From contig CAKRZO010000003.1 of assembly GCA_934433135.1 (NCBI GenBank), positions 113,511-177,510 on the forward strand: a DNA stretch of 64,000 bases. The letters run 5' to 3'. The translations under genes and the position numbers were made by a program. Origin of the DNA: an uncultured Acetatifactor sp. Lineage in GTDB: Bacteria; Bacillota; Clostridia; Lachnospirales; Lachnospiraceae. Under the pieces are notes generated by a model. That model saw only the letters and a list, made by a program, of their open reading frames with translations, was not told the origin of the DNA and did not search any database. This document shows, one piece after another, positions 8,520 to 23,170 of this stretch (its first letter is position 1; every line of letters begins with the position of its first letter).

Positions 8520-11217
8520 ACTCCTTCAATACCTGCTTCATGCCTGCGTTCAGACAATCCTGTCCTGTTTGCTGATACCTTAATACCACATCACCGCAAA
8601 TTCCGCTTTTCGTTACCATTGGAATTTTGGGTCGACTGGAGTGTCCTTTTGGTGTCTTTACCTCTCTTGCCAAAGTTGTTGCTACTTCAATTTTAATATT
8701 GTTTTTTCCTTCTTTCACCAGGTCAGTAATATCATACCGATAGACCGGTACTATCTGTATGCCTGCACTTATATCATTGACAAATAATTCGACGCCTTCT
8801 GCCGCATCGGTTATCTCCATGTACACATAACCGCTTTGGGGGATATAAATTTCCTTTTCATACCTGACGAATCCGGAAAATGTCGGCATTTCCGTCTCCA
8901 GAGAATCCGGCAGAAGCACTTCTTTCGGATCTCGAAAGTACGGATAGTCGATAGCTCTGCACAGACTTCGTTTCCATCCGCCGCTTATTTTTTCAGACTT
9001 CAGCTCCGTATAAGATTTTCTTTGAGGTTCGAATTCCGGCTCTGAATTGTCAAATACAATGATAAACGATTCGCTTGGATCCATTGCCGTTTTAATCACG
9101 GTTTCTTCATTCTCTGTACTGTATTCAACTGCACAGAGTTTATTCCGCCAGGCATCATATCGATAAATGTTTCCCCTTACCGGTACAGTTACCTCGCCTT
9201 CATATCGGACAGATCCCTCATTCACGAGATAGAATACATGGTTTTCATTAACATAATGCATGTATCGGATTCGATTGTTCTCAGGTGTAATATGTATCTC
9301 GCCGATCCCAAGTTCTTCCAATTTCTCTATCAAATCCGGGAGCCTGATAATTTTACATTGTTTCATTTCACCCGGAATATCTCTTCCTTGATTGCAAATT
9401 CCCTCCGGCAATCTGTTAATAAAAAAAACCGGGAAATGATTTCTTTCTAATTCCACAACCGCATCTGCAACCTCTGCCGTTATAAATTGCATTTCCGGAA
9501 TAATCAAAGTCCTGTATTTTTGCGTACCAATAATCAACTCGGCGCCTGTCTTCGTACGATATAATACTCGATCTGCAAAAACATCCGATGGAATGATATC
9601 ATATTCTATCTGCCTGTCAGCAAGAATGTGAGCCGGTTTTTGCACAAACATGCACCGGCCACACCATTCTGCCTCCCCATGATAAAGGAGTGCCACTTGT
9701 GACACATGATATCCTCCGGAGATCAATTCGCAGATTCGATTCATATACTGCATTAAATACCCAAAATGGCGATATTGCGGATTGTTCCCATGGGCATAAA
9801 AGTGTGGCGGGCAATCCGGATCCGGAAATTTTTTAGGTGAAAAGGCATGTGGCACAAATCTGTTTATTCCTCTGACCATAAAATGATCTGCCAGATACTT
9901 TTCCAGTCTGACTCCTTCCTCCCAGCCGTATGCGCCAAAAATTTCGCACATGGCGCGTCCCTTTTTAACAGGTTCGATGGCGGCAGCGGACGATGCCAGT
10001 TTTCCCAGAACATAATGATAAAATTCCCCATCTCTGTCTGTTCCCTCCGGATTATGGATATAAACATCCTCCATATACGGATACACCTGACCTCCGATAT
10101 CATCAATTCCGGCCATATCCTGTCCTGCAAGTCCTCTGAAATAATGTCCAAGACTATTTCCGGTTCTCGAATGCTGATTGTTATCCTCAATCAAATGACC
10201 AATATAAGCCACGCCGTGGTTCCTGCACCACTCTCCGATCTGCCAGGAAAAATCCTTTTTCACAAGTTCTGTTACCGCATTCATATAGTCATAGCGTACT
10301 CTTGCTTTTTCTATATCCGAAAACTCCTTTTCCCAAAGTAGCGGCAGATAACGTGCGAAATCAGCTCCCCACACTTTTTGCAGCCAACTCTCCAATTCCC
10401 TGCTCCATGGCAAATCATCCATTTCCTCTATGGTCTTCCCCATTTCATACAGATGAGAATTGCCTAATTCCGGCTCATCCGAAAAAAAACCTGCTATCGT
10501 TTTGCCGAAATCTTCCTTATAATGCAGAAAATGAGGCTCATACACAGCTTCTATCAATTTGTGACAGGATTCATAGTCCATCATATTCATGTAATTTCTA
10601 TGCGGACCTCTGTTTCTTGTTTTATGACAGACGCAAACCTTCCAGCCTCCTTTCGGAACCAGCCAACACAGTTGGTTTTCCTCCGGTTCAAGGGAAATAA
10701 TATCCTTTCGGTTTGTTCCGTCCTTTGGTACTGCAAAAAAGCCCAGCAACTGATCATCATCAAATTTGGCAAACGGTCCTATCTGTTTCATAAGCTCTAT
10801 CCTGCTTGGCTTAAAATCTGCAGCTTTTCTATACTTTTCTGTCTCAACACAAAAAAGGTCGCCCTCAAATACCTCTGCTATCTTTTCGCATGTAATACTT
10901 TGTCTGAGAAGCTCTGCCGGTTCGTTATTCAAGATACCATTGCAAAATCCGGTAGGGAAATGGCTGTCATCCAGAATCCACACCTGCATATCCCGTTTTC
11001 TGGCTTCATCTAGGATAACATCCATATCTTTCCACCAGCCAGGACCTGCGAAATCCGGATGCGGACGACTTTCAACACAAACAGCCCTGATATGGCTGTC
11101 ATAAATTGCTTTCATATACCGGCGTAATACTTCTTCAGGTTCTCCATGCTGCCAGAAAAAAGGGAAAATATAGTTTCCATTTTGTCCTATCAGATTTTTT
11201 CTAATTTTTGAATTCAC
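8506..11217 (-). CDS. Large cytoplasmic putative glycoside hydrolase (family undetermined)
   Basis: 903 aa with no signal peptide, inside the sugar operon between lacZ-like and glycerate kinase genes. TIM-barrel-like WILDDSHFPTGF block. Family not recognised by eye. Confidence 0.4.
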   Translation of the reverse strand: MNSKIRKNLIGQNGNYIFPFFWQHGEPEEVLRRYMKAIYDSHIRAVCVESRPHPDFAGPGWWKDMDVILDEARKRDMQVWILDDSHFPTGFCNGILNNEPAELLRQSITCEKIAEVFEGDLFCVETEKYRKAADFKPSRIELMKQIGPFAKFDDDQLLGFFAVPKDGTNRKDIISLEPEENQLCWLVPKGGWKVCVCHKTRNRGPHRNYMNMMDYESCHKLIEAVYEPHFLHYKEDFGKTIAGFFSDEPELGNSHLYEMGKTIEEMDDLPWSRELESWLQKVWGADFARYLPLLWEKEFSDIEKARVRYDYMNAVTELVKKDFSWQIGEWCRNHGVAYIGHLIEDNNQHSRTGNSLGHYFRGLAGQDMAGIDDIGGQVYPYMEDVYIHNPEGTDRDGEFYHYVLGKLASSAAAIEPVKKGRAMCEIFGAYGWEEGVRLEKYLADHFMVRGINRFVPHAFSPKKFPDPDCPPHFYAHGNNPQYRHFGYLMQYMNRICELISGGYHVSQVALLYHGEAEWCGRCMFVQKPAHILADRQIEYDIIPSDVFADRVLYRTKTGAELIIGTQKYRTLIIPEMQFITAEVADAVVELERNHFPVFFINRLPEGICNQGRDIPGEMKQCKIIRLPDLIEKLEELGIGEIHITPENNRIRYMHYVNENHVFYLVNEGSVRYEGEVTVPVRGNIYRYDAWRNKLCAVEYSTENEETVIKTAMDPSESFIIVFDNSEPEFEPQRKSYTELKSEKISGGWKRSLCRAIDYPYFRDPKEVLLPDSLETEMPTFSGFVRYEKEIYIPQSGYVYMEITDAAEGVELFVNDISAGIQIVPVYRYDITDLVKEGKNNIKIEVATTLAREVKTPKGHSSRPKIPMVTKSGICGDVVLRYQQTGQDCLNAGMKQVLKEYDDV

Positions 11218-11233
11218 TTTTTTTCCTCGTCAT

Positions 11234-14329
<3,096 letters not shown>

Positions 14330-15208
14330 CTATCCTTTCACGCCGCCGATTGTAATTCCTTTTACGATATATTTCTGCGTAAATGGATATATAATTACAA
14401 TGGGCAAAATTCCCATAACTGCACATGCCATTCTGACTCCATTCGTAGGTATCGTTGTCCCTGCTAACTCGGCAGTACTCATTTCAGATGTAGCCTGTGC
14501 GGCTCGCAGCATACTGTTCAAAAGAACCTGCACGCTGTATTTTTCGGTTTCGGTTATGTAGTACAAGCCATTCTGCCAGTCATTCCAATATCCGATACCC
14601 ACTAACAGACCTACGGTAACCAGAATCGGCTTTGCCAAAGGCATGACTATTTTCAGCAGGATCCTGAATTCGCTGGCACCATCAATTCTGGCAGATTCAA
14701 TGATAGATTCCGGAATACTTGTACTGAAATAGGTTCTCATCATCATAATGTAAAAAGCTCTTGCCAACAAATTCGGCAGAATATATGCAGCATATGTATT
14801 TTTGATGGAAAATACCGTTGTCCACATTATGTAAGTTGGAATTAATCCGCCATTAAACAGCATCGTAAAAAACACCACAAACGAGATTATATTTTTTCCG
14901 GGCATTCCGGCTCTGGACAGTGGATAAGCCAACGAGATCGTCAGTATTAACCCCAACGTTGTCCCCAAGGCAGTAACACCAATGGAAACGGCATACGACT
15001 TAAATATATTATAACTGCCTGACATCAGATACTTATAAGCATCTAGGCTATAACCACTCGGTATAAAAGTATATCCCTCTCGCACAATAGAAGCCTCTGA
15101 AGAAAAAGAGGCCACAACCATAAGAGCAAACGGCATAAGACAAATTATCAGAAGCAAAAACATAATGACATATATAAAGGCCTGATAGAAATCGATTTTC
15201 TTTGACAT
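14330..15208 (-). CDS. Carbohydrate ABC transporter permease (MalG/LplC-like)
   Basis: Six-TM permease carrying the EAA-like motif ARIDGASEFRILLKIVMPLAKP. Confidence 0.85.
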   Translation of the reverse strand: MSKKIDFYQAFIYVIMFLLLIICLMPFALMVVASFSSEASIVREGYTFIPSGYSLDAYKYLMSGSYNIFKSYAVSIGVTALGTTLGLILTISLAYPLSRAGMPGKNIISFVVFFTMLFNGGLIPTYIMWTTVFSIKNTYAAYILPNLLARAFYIMMMRTYFSTSIPESIIESARIDGASEFRILLKIVMPLAKPILVTVGLLVGIGYWNDWQNGLYYITETEKYSVQVLLNSMLRAAQATSEMSTAELAGTTIPTNGVRMACAVMGILPIVIIYPFTQKYIVKGITIGGVKG

Positions 15209-15220
15209 CTTTTCCCTCCC

Positions 15221-16162
15221 TTAAAAAAGTGCTTCGTCACGGCTGATTTTGCGAACAATTCCATTTGCAGCCAGCACCAGAAGAAATCCCAGAACAGACT
15301 GAACAAAACATGCTGCGGAAGACATACCCATATTAGCATTATTAAGCAATCCGCGATAAATATAAGTGTCAATCGTCTGCGTTACATCAATTAGTGAACC
15401 GCTGTTCATCGGTACCTGATAGAACAGTCCGAAATCCGAATAAAATATGCGCCCTATATTCATTAAGATCAGCGTAATAATCGTTGGTTTTAGCTCCGGC
15501 AAAGTTATGTGTATTATTTTAGTCCAATGATTTGCACCGTCCATAGATGCCGCCTCATAATAAGTCGGATCAATGCCGGCAATCGTCGCATAATATATAA
15601 TAGCGCTGTATCCAAAGTTTTTCCATAAATATACAAATACAAGAATAAATGGCCAATATTTCGGTGTAGCATACCATGAAATCGCATTTTTCCCTAAAAG
15701 CTTTAAAATAGAATTGTTAATAAATCCTGTCGATGTCGCTAAAAAGGCGTATGCCAGATACGCAATTACAATAATCGAAATCAGATGCGGAACCAGGAAA
15801 ACAGTCTGAAATGTCTTTTTCACTTTATTTGTCCTGATATCATTAAGCAAAATAGCTACAGAAGATGAAAGGACTGTTGAAAGTATAATAAATACTATAT
15901 TATAAAGCAGCGTGTTCTTTATTACGCCAGCCATATCCGTATTCAAAAAGAATTTAAAATTATCCCAGCCAACCCATGCGCTTTTCCATATTCCTTTCGC
16001 AAAGCTGTACTTTTTGAAAGCAATCACCAGACCCGCCATGGGAATATAATTATTGATTATCAGGTAAATAATTCCCGGAATCATCATGGCATAAAAAGGC
16101 AAATATGTAATCAGACGTTTTTTCAGCGTCTTTTTGGTACTTACAGCAATTGATTTTCTCAT
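15221..16162 (-). CDS. Carbohydrate ABC transporter permease (MalF/LplB-like)
   Basis: Six-TM permease with EAASMDGANHW. Confidence 0.85.
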   Translation of the reverse strand: MRKSIAVSTKKTLKKRLITYLPFYAMMIPGIIYLIINNYIPMAGLVIAFKKYSFAKGIWKSAWVGWDNFKFFLNTDMAGVIKNTLLYNIVFIILSTVLSSSVAILLNDIRTNKVKKTFQTVFLVPHLISIIVIAYLAYAFLATSTGFINNSILKLLGKNAISWYATPKYWPFILVFVYLWKNFGYSAIIYYATIAGIDPTYYEAASMDGANHWTKIIHITLPELKPTIITLILMNIGRIFYSDFGLFYQVPMNSGSLIDVTQTIDTYIYRGLLNNANMGMSSAACFVQSVLGFLLVLAANGIVRKISRDEALF

Positions 16163-16260
16163 ACTTTTTTCTCCGAACTATTGTATAACCAGCATGGTTG
16201 CTATCTCAAAAAGGATTACCTTATATTTCTACAAAATAATCCTTTTTGATAGTTTGTTAA

Positions 16261-17808
16261 TTACTTCTTATTTGCGTACCATTCGTCAAACTGTCTCTGT
16301 TTTTCTGCTATGATATCATCGATGCCTGCGTCCTTTAATTCCTTTATAAATTGAGGCAGATATTCCTCCGGATCAAGCGCACCTCCCTGCAATCCCTTTG
16401 CATATTTTGCATCTACATTTGAAACCGCAGCAACCTGTGTGGAAACACTGCTGCTGTCAAACATGAAACCTTTCCCGATGGTCGGCGTAGCGGTTTTGTT
16501 TCCTTCAAGTACTAATTCATTAATATTTCCTTCCGCCTTCGTCGTAATGGCAATGTATCCATTCGGTCCGTTCCAGTTCAAACGTTCATACCCGGTATTA
16601 GGAAGCAATACTGCATAACCTTCATCATCCAGTTCGTAGTTTACTCCTTCAACCCCCTGCGTAATTAACGTGGATGCCTCCCTGTCAGAGAACAGCCACT
16701 CAAAAATCTCCATGGCACGTTCTGGATTTTTACAGGTATATGGCATTGACCATCCATGATTATTTACAATAGCTGACGTTGAGTAAAACGGTGTGACAGC
16801 ACTCTGATACAGTCTGCATGTCCAGCCCTGTGACGCTTCACTTGCAAGCCGTTCTTCTTCCGATGCATTGGCTATATCAATATTGTTATTGGAAAAACAT
16901 GCGTACGAATCACCGTTTTGAATTAATGCATTAACGGTGTTGCTACTTGTCTCGTAATCAGGATCAATCCATCCGTTTTCATACCAATGGTGCATTCTTT
17001 CACAAAATTCCTTATAAGCCTGCGTCTCATGAAGATCCACTACCTTGGTATCCTCCATCGGATTTTCTAACACACCGGACAAATAAGTGGAATCCCCGAG
17101 ATTGTCCACATAATATTTATAGTTGATCTTTCCTGTGTTTGTACAAAACGGATATTTATCCGGATGTGCTTTTTTCAGAGCGTCAAGAATCGGCTCTACA
17201 TCATCAAGAGACTTTATGTTTCTTACCTCATCCTTCAGTCCTAATTCATCTATTATATCTGCATTAAAAAACACGGAAGTACTGAACGCTTTATTTTTTA
17301 CTGCGGGAATTCCGACAAGTGCGCCTCCCACACGGCAACAATCCAAATCCTCCGCCGTCGTATAATCCCATATAGGACTATCCTCAGAGATATAATCATC
17401 CAGCGCTAAAATCTGGTCGGAACCATACATCATCGGCAGGGTCATTCCGCTTGCACCAAACTGAATCCAGTCCAGTTCTTCTCCCCCCGCCAACGCAAGG
17501 CTTAAATAATTTGGATAATCTGCCTTGCTCACAACCTTAAGCTCAATTCTTGTATTAAATTTTTCCAATGACAATTTTGTCAGTGCCTCAGAGATCTGTT
17601 TTACCGCCTCATCAGTAGGCTGCGTACCTCTGTAATATGCCAGACGAACCGTTACCTCTTCTCTGTTTTCCTTAACGGACTCTGTTGTTGCTTCTACTTT
17701 TGTATCGCTGCTTTGTTCCCTGTCAACTTCTGTTTTTTTACAACCGGACAGCAGAAAAGCCAACGCCAAAAATGTTGCCAATAATACTGAAATACTTCTC
17801 TTTTTCAT
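16261..17808 (-). CDS. Extracellular solute-binding lipoprotein (LplA-like, family 1 SBP)
   Basis: Signal peptide with lipobox LLSGC. 515 aa. Confidence 0.8.
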   Translation of the reverse strand: MKKRSISVLLATFLALAFLLSGCKKTEVDREQSSDTKVEATTESVKENREEVTVRLAYYRGTQPTDEAVKQISEALTKLSLEKFNTRIELKVVSKADYPNYLSLALAGGEELDWIQFGASGMTLPMMYGSDQILALDDYISEDSPIWDYTTAEDLDCCRVGGALVGIPAVKNKAFSTSVFFNADIIDELGLKDEVRNIKSLDDVEPILDALKKAHPDKYPFCTNTGKINYKYYVDNLGDSTYLSGVLENPMEDTKVVDLHETQAYKEFCERMHHWYENGWIDPDYETSSNTVNALIQNGDSYACFSNNNIDIANASEEERLASEASQGWTCRLYQSAVTPFYSTSAIVNNHGWSMPYTCKNPERAMEIFEWLFSDREASTLITQGVEGVNYELDDEGYAVLLPNTGYERLNWNGPNGYIAITTKAEGNINELVLEGNKTATPTIGKGFMFDSSSVSTQVAAVSNVDAKYAKGLQGGALDPEEYLPQFIKELKDAGIDDIIAEKQRQFDEWYANKK

Positions 17809-17889
17809 TGATAATATCCTCCTTGATTTAATATTCCCGTTACATTTAATAATGTATTTATGGTCTATAATATAGTTGCAAAAATTGAT

Positions 17890-19218
17890 TTAACGTACAA
17901 GGCACGGCCTTTTTGCATCAAACTTCCAATCTTTTATCAGATACTGCATGCCTATGGAATCATCTCTTGCTCCCAGACAATGTTCTATGTAGAGCTTGTT
18001 TGCTTTGTGAATCTGTTCCATATCCACATCAATACCCAGTCCCGGTTTGTCCGTTATTGCAATACAACCGTCAATAATCTGTGGCGGAGCGACAGTAAGC
18101 CTTTCTATCCCTTCCTGCCAGATCCAATGCGTATCAATTGCATTTATCGCACCTGGGACTGCGGCAGCTGTATGTGCGCACATCGCCAATGATATATCAA
18201 AATGGTTATTCGAGTGAGATCCCCACGTCATACCGAAGTCTGAACACATCTGACCTACCCTTACAGAGCCTGACATTGTCCAGAAATGCGGGTCTGCCAG
18301 CGGAATATCCACGGACTGAAGTGCAATTGAATGGCTTAACTGTCTGAAGTCCGTTGCGACCATATTCGTAGCCGTCGGTAATCCAGTTGCACGCCTGAAC
18401 TCAGCTAATACTTCCCGTCCGGAAAATCCACCCTCCGCTCCGCATGGATCCTCGCAATAAGTTAATATTCCATGCATATCTCCGCATAACTCAATCGCCT
18501 CCGCAAGAGACCATCCTCCGTTAGGATCCAGTGTAATTCTCGCTTCAGGAAATGCTTCCTTCAGCGCTTTTACCGCCTTTATCTCTTCTTTTCCTTCCAG
18601 AACACCTCCCTTTAGTTTAAAATCCTCAAATCCATATCTTTCTTTCGCTGCTTTCCCCAATGCGACAATACTCTCAGGAGTAAGTGCTTCTTCATGACGT
18701 ATACGATACCAGTCACATACATTTCCCGGATCGGAATAGTATGGCAAATCGGTTTTTTCCCGATCTCCAATATAAAATAAGTAGCCTAAAACTTTCACCT
18801 TATCACGTTGCATCCCTTCTCCCAAAAGAGAGGCCACCGGCACATTCAAATGCTTGCCCAGCAAATCTAAAAGTGATGCCTCTATTGCCGTCTGCACATG
18901 AACGCCGGTTCTCAGATCAAAAGTCTGACTCCCACGTTCATCCTTTTCTCCTTTGCTTTCCAGGTGTTTTTTTACGGATAACAATGTATTTTTATATTCT
19001 CCGATAGAAGTACCGATCACCAAATCTCTGCACTCCAATAACGCATTTGTAATTTTACTGCCTCCCGGAACTTCTCCCACTCCCTGAATTCCGTTGGTGT
19101 CAGTAAGTATTACAACATTTCTTGTAAAGTAGGGTGCGTGAGCTCCGCTTAAATTCAGCAGCATACTGTCTCTTCCCGCCACCGGATATACTTCCATTTC
19201 AGCTACTTCAGGTATCAT
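17890..19218 (-). CDS. gudD: Glucarate dehydratase (enolase superfamily)
   Basis: End-to-end similarity to E. coli GudD. Examples: [47 protein letters not shown], and the C-terminus KRPCLVR. Confidence 0.9.
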   Translation of the reverse strand: MIPEVAEMEVYPVAGRDSMLLNLSGAHAPYFTRNVVILTDTNGIQGVGEVPGGSKITNALLECRDLVIGTSIGEYKNTLLSVKKHLESKGEKDERGSQTFDLRTGVHVQTAIEASLLDLLGKHLNVPVASLLGEGMQRDKVKVLGYLFYIGDREKTDLPYYSDPGNVCDWYRIRHEEALTPESIVALGKAAKERYGFEDFKLKGGVLEGKEEIKAVKALKEAFPEARITLDPNGGWSLAEAIELCGDMHGILTYCEDPCGAEGGFSGREVLAEFRRATGLPTATNMVATDFRQLSHSIALQSVDIPLADPHFWTMSGSVRVGQMCSDFGMTWGSHSNNHFDISLAMCAHTAAAVPGAINAIDTHWIWQEGIERLTVAPPQIIDGCIAITDKPGLGIDVDMEQIHKANKLYIEHCLGARDDSIGMQYLIKDWKFDAKRPCLVR

Positions 19219-19271
19219 TCTGACATCTCTCCTTTTTTAACTTTTTTAACTCTTTCATTCTCCGCTGATTG

Positions 19272-20171
19272 CTATAGCAAACCTGCAGTCTGCATCTCTC
19301 CTCTTATTCGTGCAAGCGAAGTGCCTTCCGGGGTAGGTAAGCTGGGGCGATAAGGCAGACCAATGTCTCTTCCCCTTAAATTTGCCATATCCTTGGTTGC
19401 TACCGGAAAGCTGGCTAAATCCATAGCCAGTCTTACCGGATTCAGTTTGAACTGTGCTTCCAGAGCTCCTGACAAATCTCCTCTCATATATTTGTCATAT
19501 ATAGCCACTATCAGCTCCGGCATGAAGTTGGCTGCAGTACATATTCCGCCTACTGCACCATGACACATAGATGCGTACAACAACGTATCTTTCCCGCCAA
19601 AAACGCGGAAACCCAGGTGTCGCGTCCGCCGTATGAATTCCGCTGTCTGCGTGATGTCGCCGCTGGTATCCTTCATACCTACGATATTATCCACTTCCGT
19701 AGCTAGGCGCTCCACCAATTCAGCTGAGAGAGTATAATTAACTCTTCCCGGATTATTATACAATAGCATAGGTGTCCCCGGCACTGATGCGGCGATTATT
19801 TTAAAGTGTTCAAACAATTCTTCTTCCGTCGGTTTGAGGAACATCGGTTGAAGAACAGAAATTCCTGCTGCCCCGCACGCGACCCCCATGCGGGCTAACC
19901 TGCAGCATTTTTTTGTGCTGATCCCGCCAATTCCCATATATACCGGTACTCTTCCCGCTGTCTGGTCTATAATAATTCTGAGTCCACGCTCCATCTCTTC
20001 TTCTTCAATGGCATAGAATTCACCATTGCTTCCAAAAGCCAATATTCCAAGTACTCCGCCGCAGATCACGTAATCTACCTGATCTCTTAACTTCGCTTCA
20101 TCAATTTGTTCGCTTTCATCTATCGGTGTCAATATCGGAACAACAACACCCCTTATAAAATCGGTCTTCAT
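19272..20171 (-). CDS. DapA/NAL-family class I aldolase-dehydratase (probable 5-dehydro-4-deoxyglucarate aldolase or dehydratase)
   Basis: 299 aa with a dihydrodipicolinate-synthase-family fold (GSNGEF...KDTSGD). It sits between gudD and garR. Confidence 0.7.
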   Translation of the reverse strand: MKTDFIRGVVVPILTPIDESEQIDEAKLRDQVDYVICGGVLGILAFGSNGEFYAIEEEEMERGLRIIIDQTAGRVPVYMGIGGISTKKCCRLARMGVACGAAGISVLQPMFLKPTEEELFEHFKIIAASVPGTPMLLYNNPGRVNYTLSAELVERLATEVDNIVGMKDTSGDITQTAEFIRRTRHLGFRVFGGKDTLLYASMCHGAVGGICTAANFMPELIVAIYDKYMRGDLSGALEAQFKLNPVRLAMDLASFPVATKDMANLRGRDIGLPYRPSLPTPEGTSLARIRGEMQTAGLL

Positions 20172-20195
20172 ATCCGTTATCCCTTCCCCTGCAAA

Positions 20196-21080
20196 TTATG
20201 ATTCAACCGTTACATTTGCAATTTTTTCATAGTATTTTACGATGCTTGAATGATCTTCCTTCTTGCATCCGTCTGCCCCTAAGCCCTGCATAATTTCCAT
20301 AAGCTGCGCAGTTAACGGAAGCGGAGAGTTTATTGCATGTCCTGCATTTAAAGCATTATTCAAATCTTTCATATGCAATTCTATGCGAAATCCCGGATTA
20401 AAATTTCGAGCCAAAATCATCGGTACCTTAGCATCCATAACAGTGGAACCGGCAAGTCCGCCACGTATTGCCTGATATATAAGTTTGGGATCTGCTCCTG
20501 CTTTTTTGGCAAACGTTAATGCCTCCGATACAGCTGCAATGTTTACGGCAACAATAATCTGATTTGCTAATTTAGCAATATTTCCTGCTCCCAATTCACC
20601 GACATGCACAACTGAGCCAGCCATAACCATAAGCATATCATAATACTTATCGAACAGCTCTTTTTTTCCGCCGACCATAACCGACAGGGTTCCGTCAATT
20701 GCCTTGGGTTCTCCTCCCGATACCGGAGCGTCCAACATCTCAATTCCTTTCTTTTCCAGCTCTGCACCAATGGCTTTGCTTTCTGTCGGATCAATGGAAC
20801 TCATATCAATCAAAACCATTCCCGGCCGCGCACTCCGGAGAATTCCGTTCTCGCCCAGAGTAACTTCTCTCACTTGTGGAGAGTTCGGCACCATTGTAAT
20901 GATTACATCACAATGTTCTGCAACTTCAGAACCATTTTCTGCAGATATTGCTCCACAAGCAACTACTTCATCCACCGCTTCCTTATGCAAGTCGCAAACT
21001 ATCAGCTCATATCCTGCTTTAATTAAATTTTTGCTCATTGGCTTACCCATAATACCCAATCCAATGAAACCAACCTTCAT
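20196..21080 (-). CDS. garR: 2-hydroxy-3-oxopropionate (tartronate semialdehyde) reductase
   Basis: NAD-binding GFIGLGIMG motif. 3-hydroxyisobutyrate-dehydrogenase family. 294 aa. Confidence 0.85.
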   Translation of the reverse strand: MKVGFIGLGIMGKPMSKNLIKAGYELIVCDLHKEAVDEVVACGAISAENGSEVAEHCDVIITMVPNSPQVREVTLGENGILRSARPGMVLIDMSSIDPTESKAIGAELEKKGIEMLDAPVSGGEPKAIDGTLSVMVGGKKELFDKYYDMLMVMAGSVVHVGELGAGNIAKLANQIIVAVNIAAVSEALTFAKKAGADPKLIYQAIRGGLAGSTVMDAKVPMILARNFNPGFRIELHMKDLNNALNAGHAINSPLPLTAQLMEIMQGLGADGCKKEDHSSIVKYYEKIANVTVES

Positions 21081-21265
21081 TTCCTTATCCTCTCTTTCCG
21101 TTTAGATTTGATAATCGAATTATAATATAGGATATAGGAAGTTTCTATTGATTTATTTGCCAAAAAAGCAAAAAATTACTATTCACATGTTCTATTCTTT
21201 CATTTTATGAAATGTTTTAATTTCAAACATTTCAGATTTATATCATTTTTTCAGATTTATGTGCT

Positions 21266-23170
21266 CTATTCGTCTTTAAATGGAAATTGAATCCCGTATT
21301 TCTTCATATGCCTCCAAAGTGTTGCTTTGCTTATTCCTAATGCTTCTGCTGTCCGCTCCCTGTTTCCGGCATGTTTTTCCAATGTCTGTTTCAATCTGAC
21401 CGCTTCCGGAGAGATATATTGTTTTTTTTCCGACTTATAAAAAGATGATACTGTATACATTTCATCAATCAAACGCGTTACGGCGATTTCATCTATCGTT
21501 CTTCTGTTAGCTGTCAGTATCAGCCGTTCGCAGAAATTCTGCAACTGTATCAGATTCCCCTCCCATGAATAATCCAACAGTATTTTCTCTGCCCCGGATG
21601 TCAGGACATGATAGTGAGAATAGTTATTGCAAAATTCCTTCATGTATTTTCCGAGTAAATCTTTTAAATCTTCCCTGCGCTCTCTCAGAGGCGGAACAGA
21701 CACTGTCAAACCTTGCAAAATATAACTTAAATCCTCATAAATTTGTCCTGACTCCACCCCTTTTTCCAAATTTTCCGGTGCAGAAGCTATTATTCTGACA
21801 TCTATTGGTACTGTTTGCATTCTTCCGTTTCTTCTGACCTTATATTGAATCAGTTCCGCCAATTCACACTGGCATCCATAACTCAATTTTTGAACATTCT
21901 CAAGAAAAACCGTTCCTCCATCAAGATTTGCAAGTACCCCCTTATCCTCAAACAAAGTCTCTCTTTGTTTATCTGTCGATATACTGCCACAGTTTATTTG
22001 AAGATAGGGAAGATTATTCCGCGGGCTGTTGTGAAAAATGCCCTGCGCAATAAGTCTCTTTTCCGTACCGACTTCTCCGAGGATTAACACCGGTTGGTCT
22101 GACTGAGCATATAACATTGCTTCCTTTATACACTTCTTCATTTGCTTTGAAATCTGACATATGTCAGAAAAATCACCCCACACGACGTTTCGATTGTCCT
22201 GGTCTGATGCAGAATATTCCCGACGCTGCTGTATTCTTTTAATTTTATGGCAGGACAGAATCGCACCGCATACCATTCCTTCAATTTGTACCGGTGCAAG
22301 AATTGCATAAAGCGTTGTCTGCCCCGCTTTCGTAAAAAATGAATAGGTATCTTCTCCTTTCTTGAAGATACGGTCCATTTGTTCTCTATCCATATCCTCA
22401 AAAACATCTGTTATTTTTTTTCCGACCAGCTCCTGCTTGTTACAATTCAGAATTTCTTCAATCATTAAATTTGAAGCGGTAATTGTTCCGCAGGAATCCA
22501 TTTTAACAATACCGTTAAACGAATAATCCAATAAAGTTTCCATTTGAGCAGCATTTCTTTTTTCAATATTCATCGCATAGTTTAATTGCTCTGCTGCTTT
22601 AAAGGACGATCTGAGAGAGTCTTCCGTGATTGATAAAAATAACGATGGTATCCCTGCGTTAGCTGCAGCATTCACCGCCGTGTCTCCGCCTATTATTAAA
22701 TCGACGTTATCTTTAACCGCCAGACAGGCAACCTCCCTCAGTTCATCGCCGTCAGCCGAAAAATATGTCCGCAATTCTATATTATATATCGTATCAAAAT
22801 ACGACATATCACAAAACATATTTTTAAAACCCACAATTCCTATGACAGGGCTTTCTTTTTGAACAATTTGTTTTGCTTTTATTATAAGCAATGCCATTTC
22901 CTGGGCTGTCATGACGATTTCAATTACGGGCACATTTGTATATTTCTTAATTAAAGAAGCCTGCAGACCTCTTGCTATGATCATTTCAGCACCGCCTGCA
23001 ATAGCTATTCTCGCCTCTTCCACCACATGTTCAGTTGATACTATTTTTATCTCATCAATAGGGTATTTTTTTTCCTGTAATATATTATGAGCCTGATGAA
23101 GCATTTCCTCTCTGGATACCATTAGAACTATCTTTGCCATTTTTCCGCTCCGTTTCCTGTAATCGTACAT
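21266..23170 (-). CDS. Sigma-54-dependent transcriptional activator (PrpR_N + PAS + AAA+ + Fis HTH)
   Basis: GEVGTEKRLIAQGIFH Walker A. GTVFLENVQKLS. C-terminal HTH AEALGISKATLWRHMKKYGI. N-terminal PrpR-like domain. Confidence 0.85.
   Translation of the reverse strand: MYDYRKRSGKMAKIVLMVSREEMLHQAHNILQEKKYPIDEIKIVSTEHVVEEARIAIAGGAEMIIARGLQASLIKKYTNVPVIEIVMTAQEMALLIIKAKQIVQKESPVIGIVGFKNMFCDMSYFDTIYNIELRTYFSADGDELREVACLAVKDNVDLIIGGDTAVNAAANAGIPSLFLSITEDSLRSSFKAAEQLNYAMNIEKRNAAQMETLLDYSFNGIVKMDSCGTITASNLMIEEILNCNKQELVGKKITDVFEDMDREQMDRIFKKGEDTYSFFTKAGQTTLYAILAPVQIEGMVCGAILSCHKIKRIQQRREYSASDQDNRNVVWGDFSDICQISKQMKKCIKEAMLYAQSDQPVLILGEVGTEKRLIAQGIFHNSPRNNLPYLQINCGSISTDKQRETLFEDKGVLANLDGGTVFLENVQKLSYGCQCELAELIQYKVRRNGRMQTVPIDVRIIASAPENLEKGVESGQIYEDLSYILQGLTVSVPPLRERREDLKDLLGKYMKEFCNNYSHYHVLTSGAEKILLDYSWEGNLIQLQNFCERLILTANRRTIDEIAVTRLIDEMYTVSSFYKSEKKQYISPEAVRLKQTLEKHAGNRERTAEALGISKATLWRHMKKYGIQFPFKDE

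Noticed and set aside
17896-17920. Sigma-54-like GGCACG-N-TTGCA motif
   Set aside because: It lies inside the gudD coding sequence on the non-template orientation. The spacing between GG and GC is 2 nt too long for a -24/-12 promoter.
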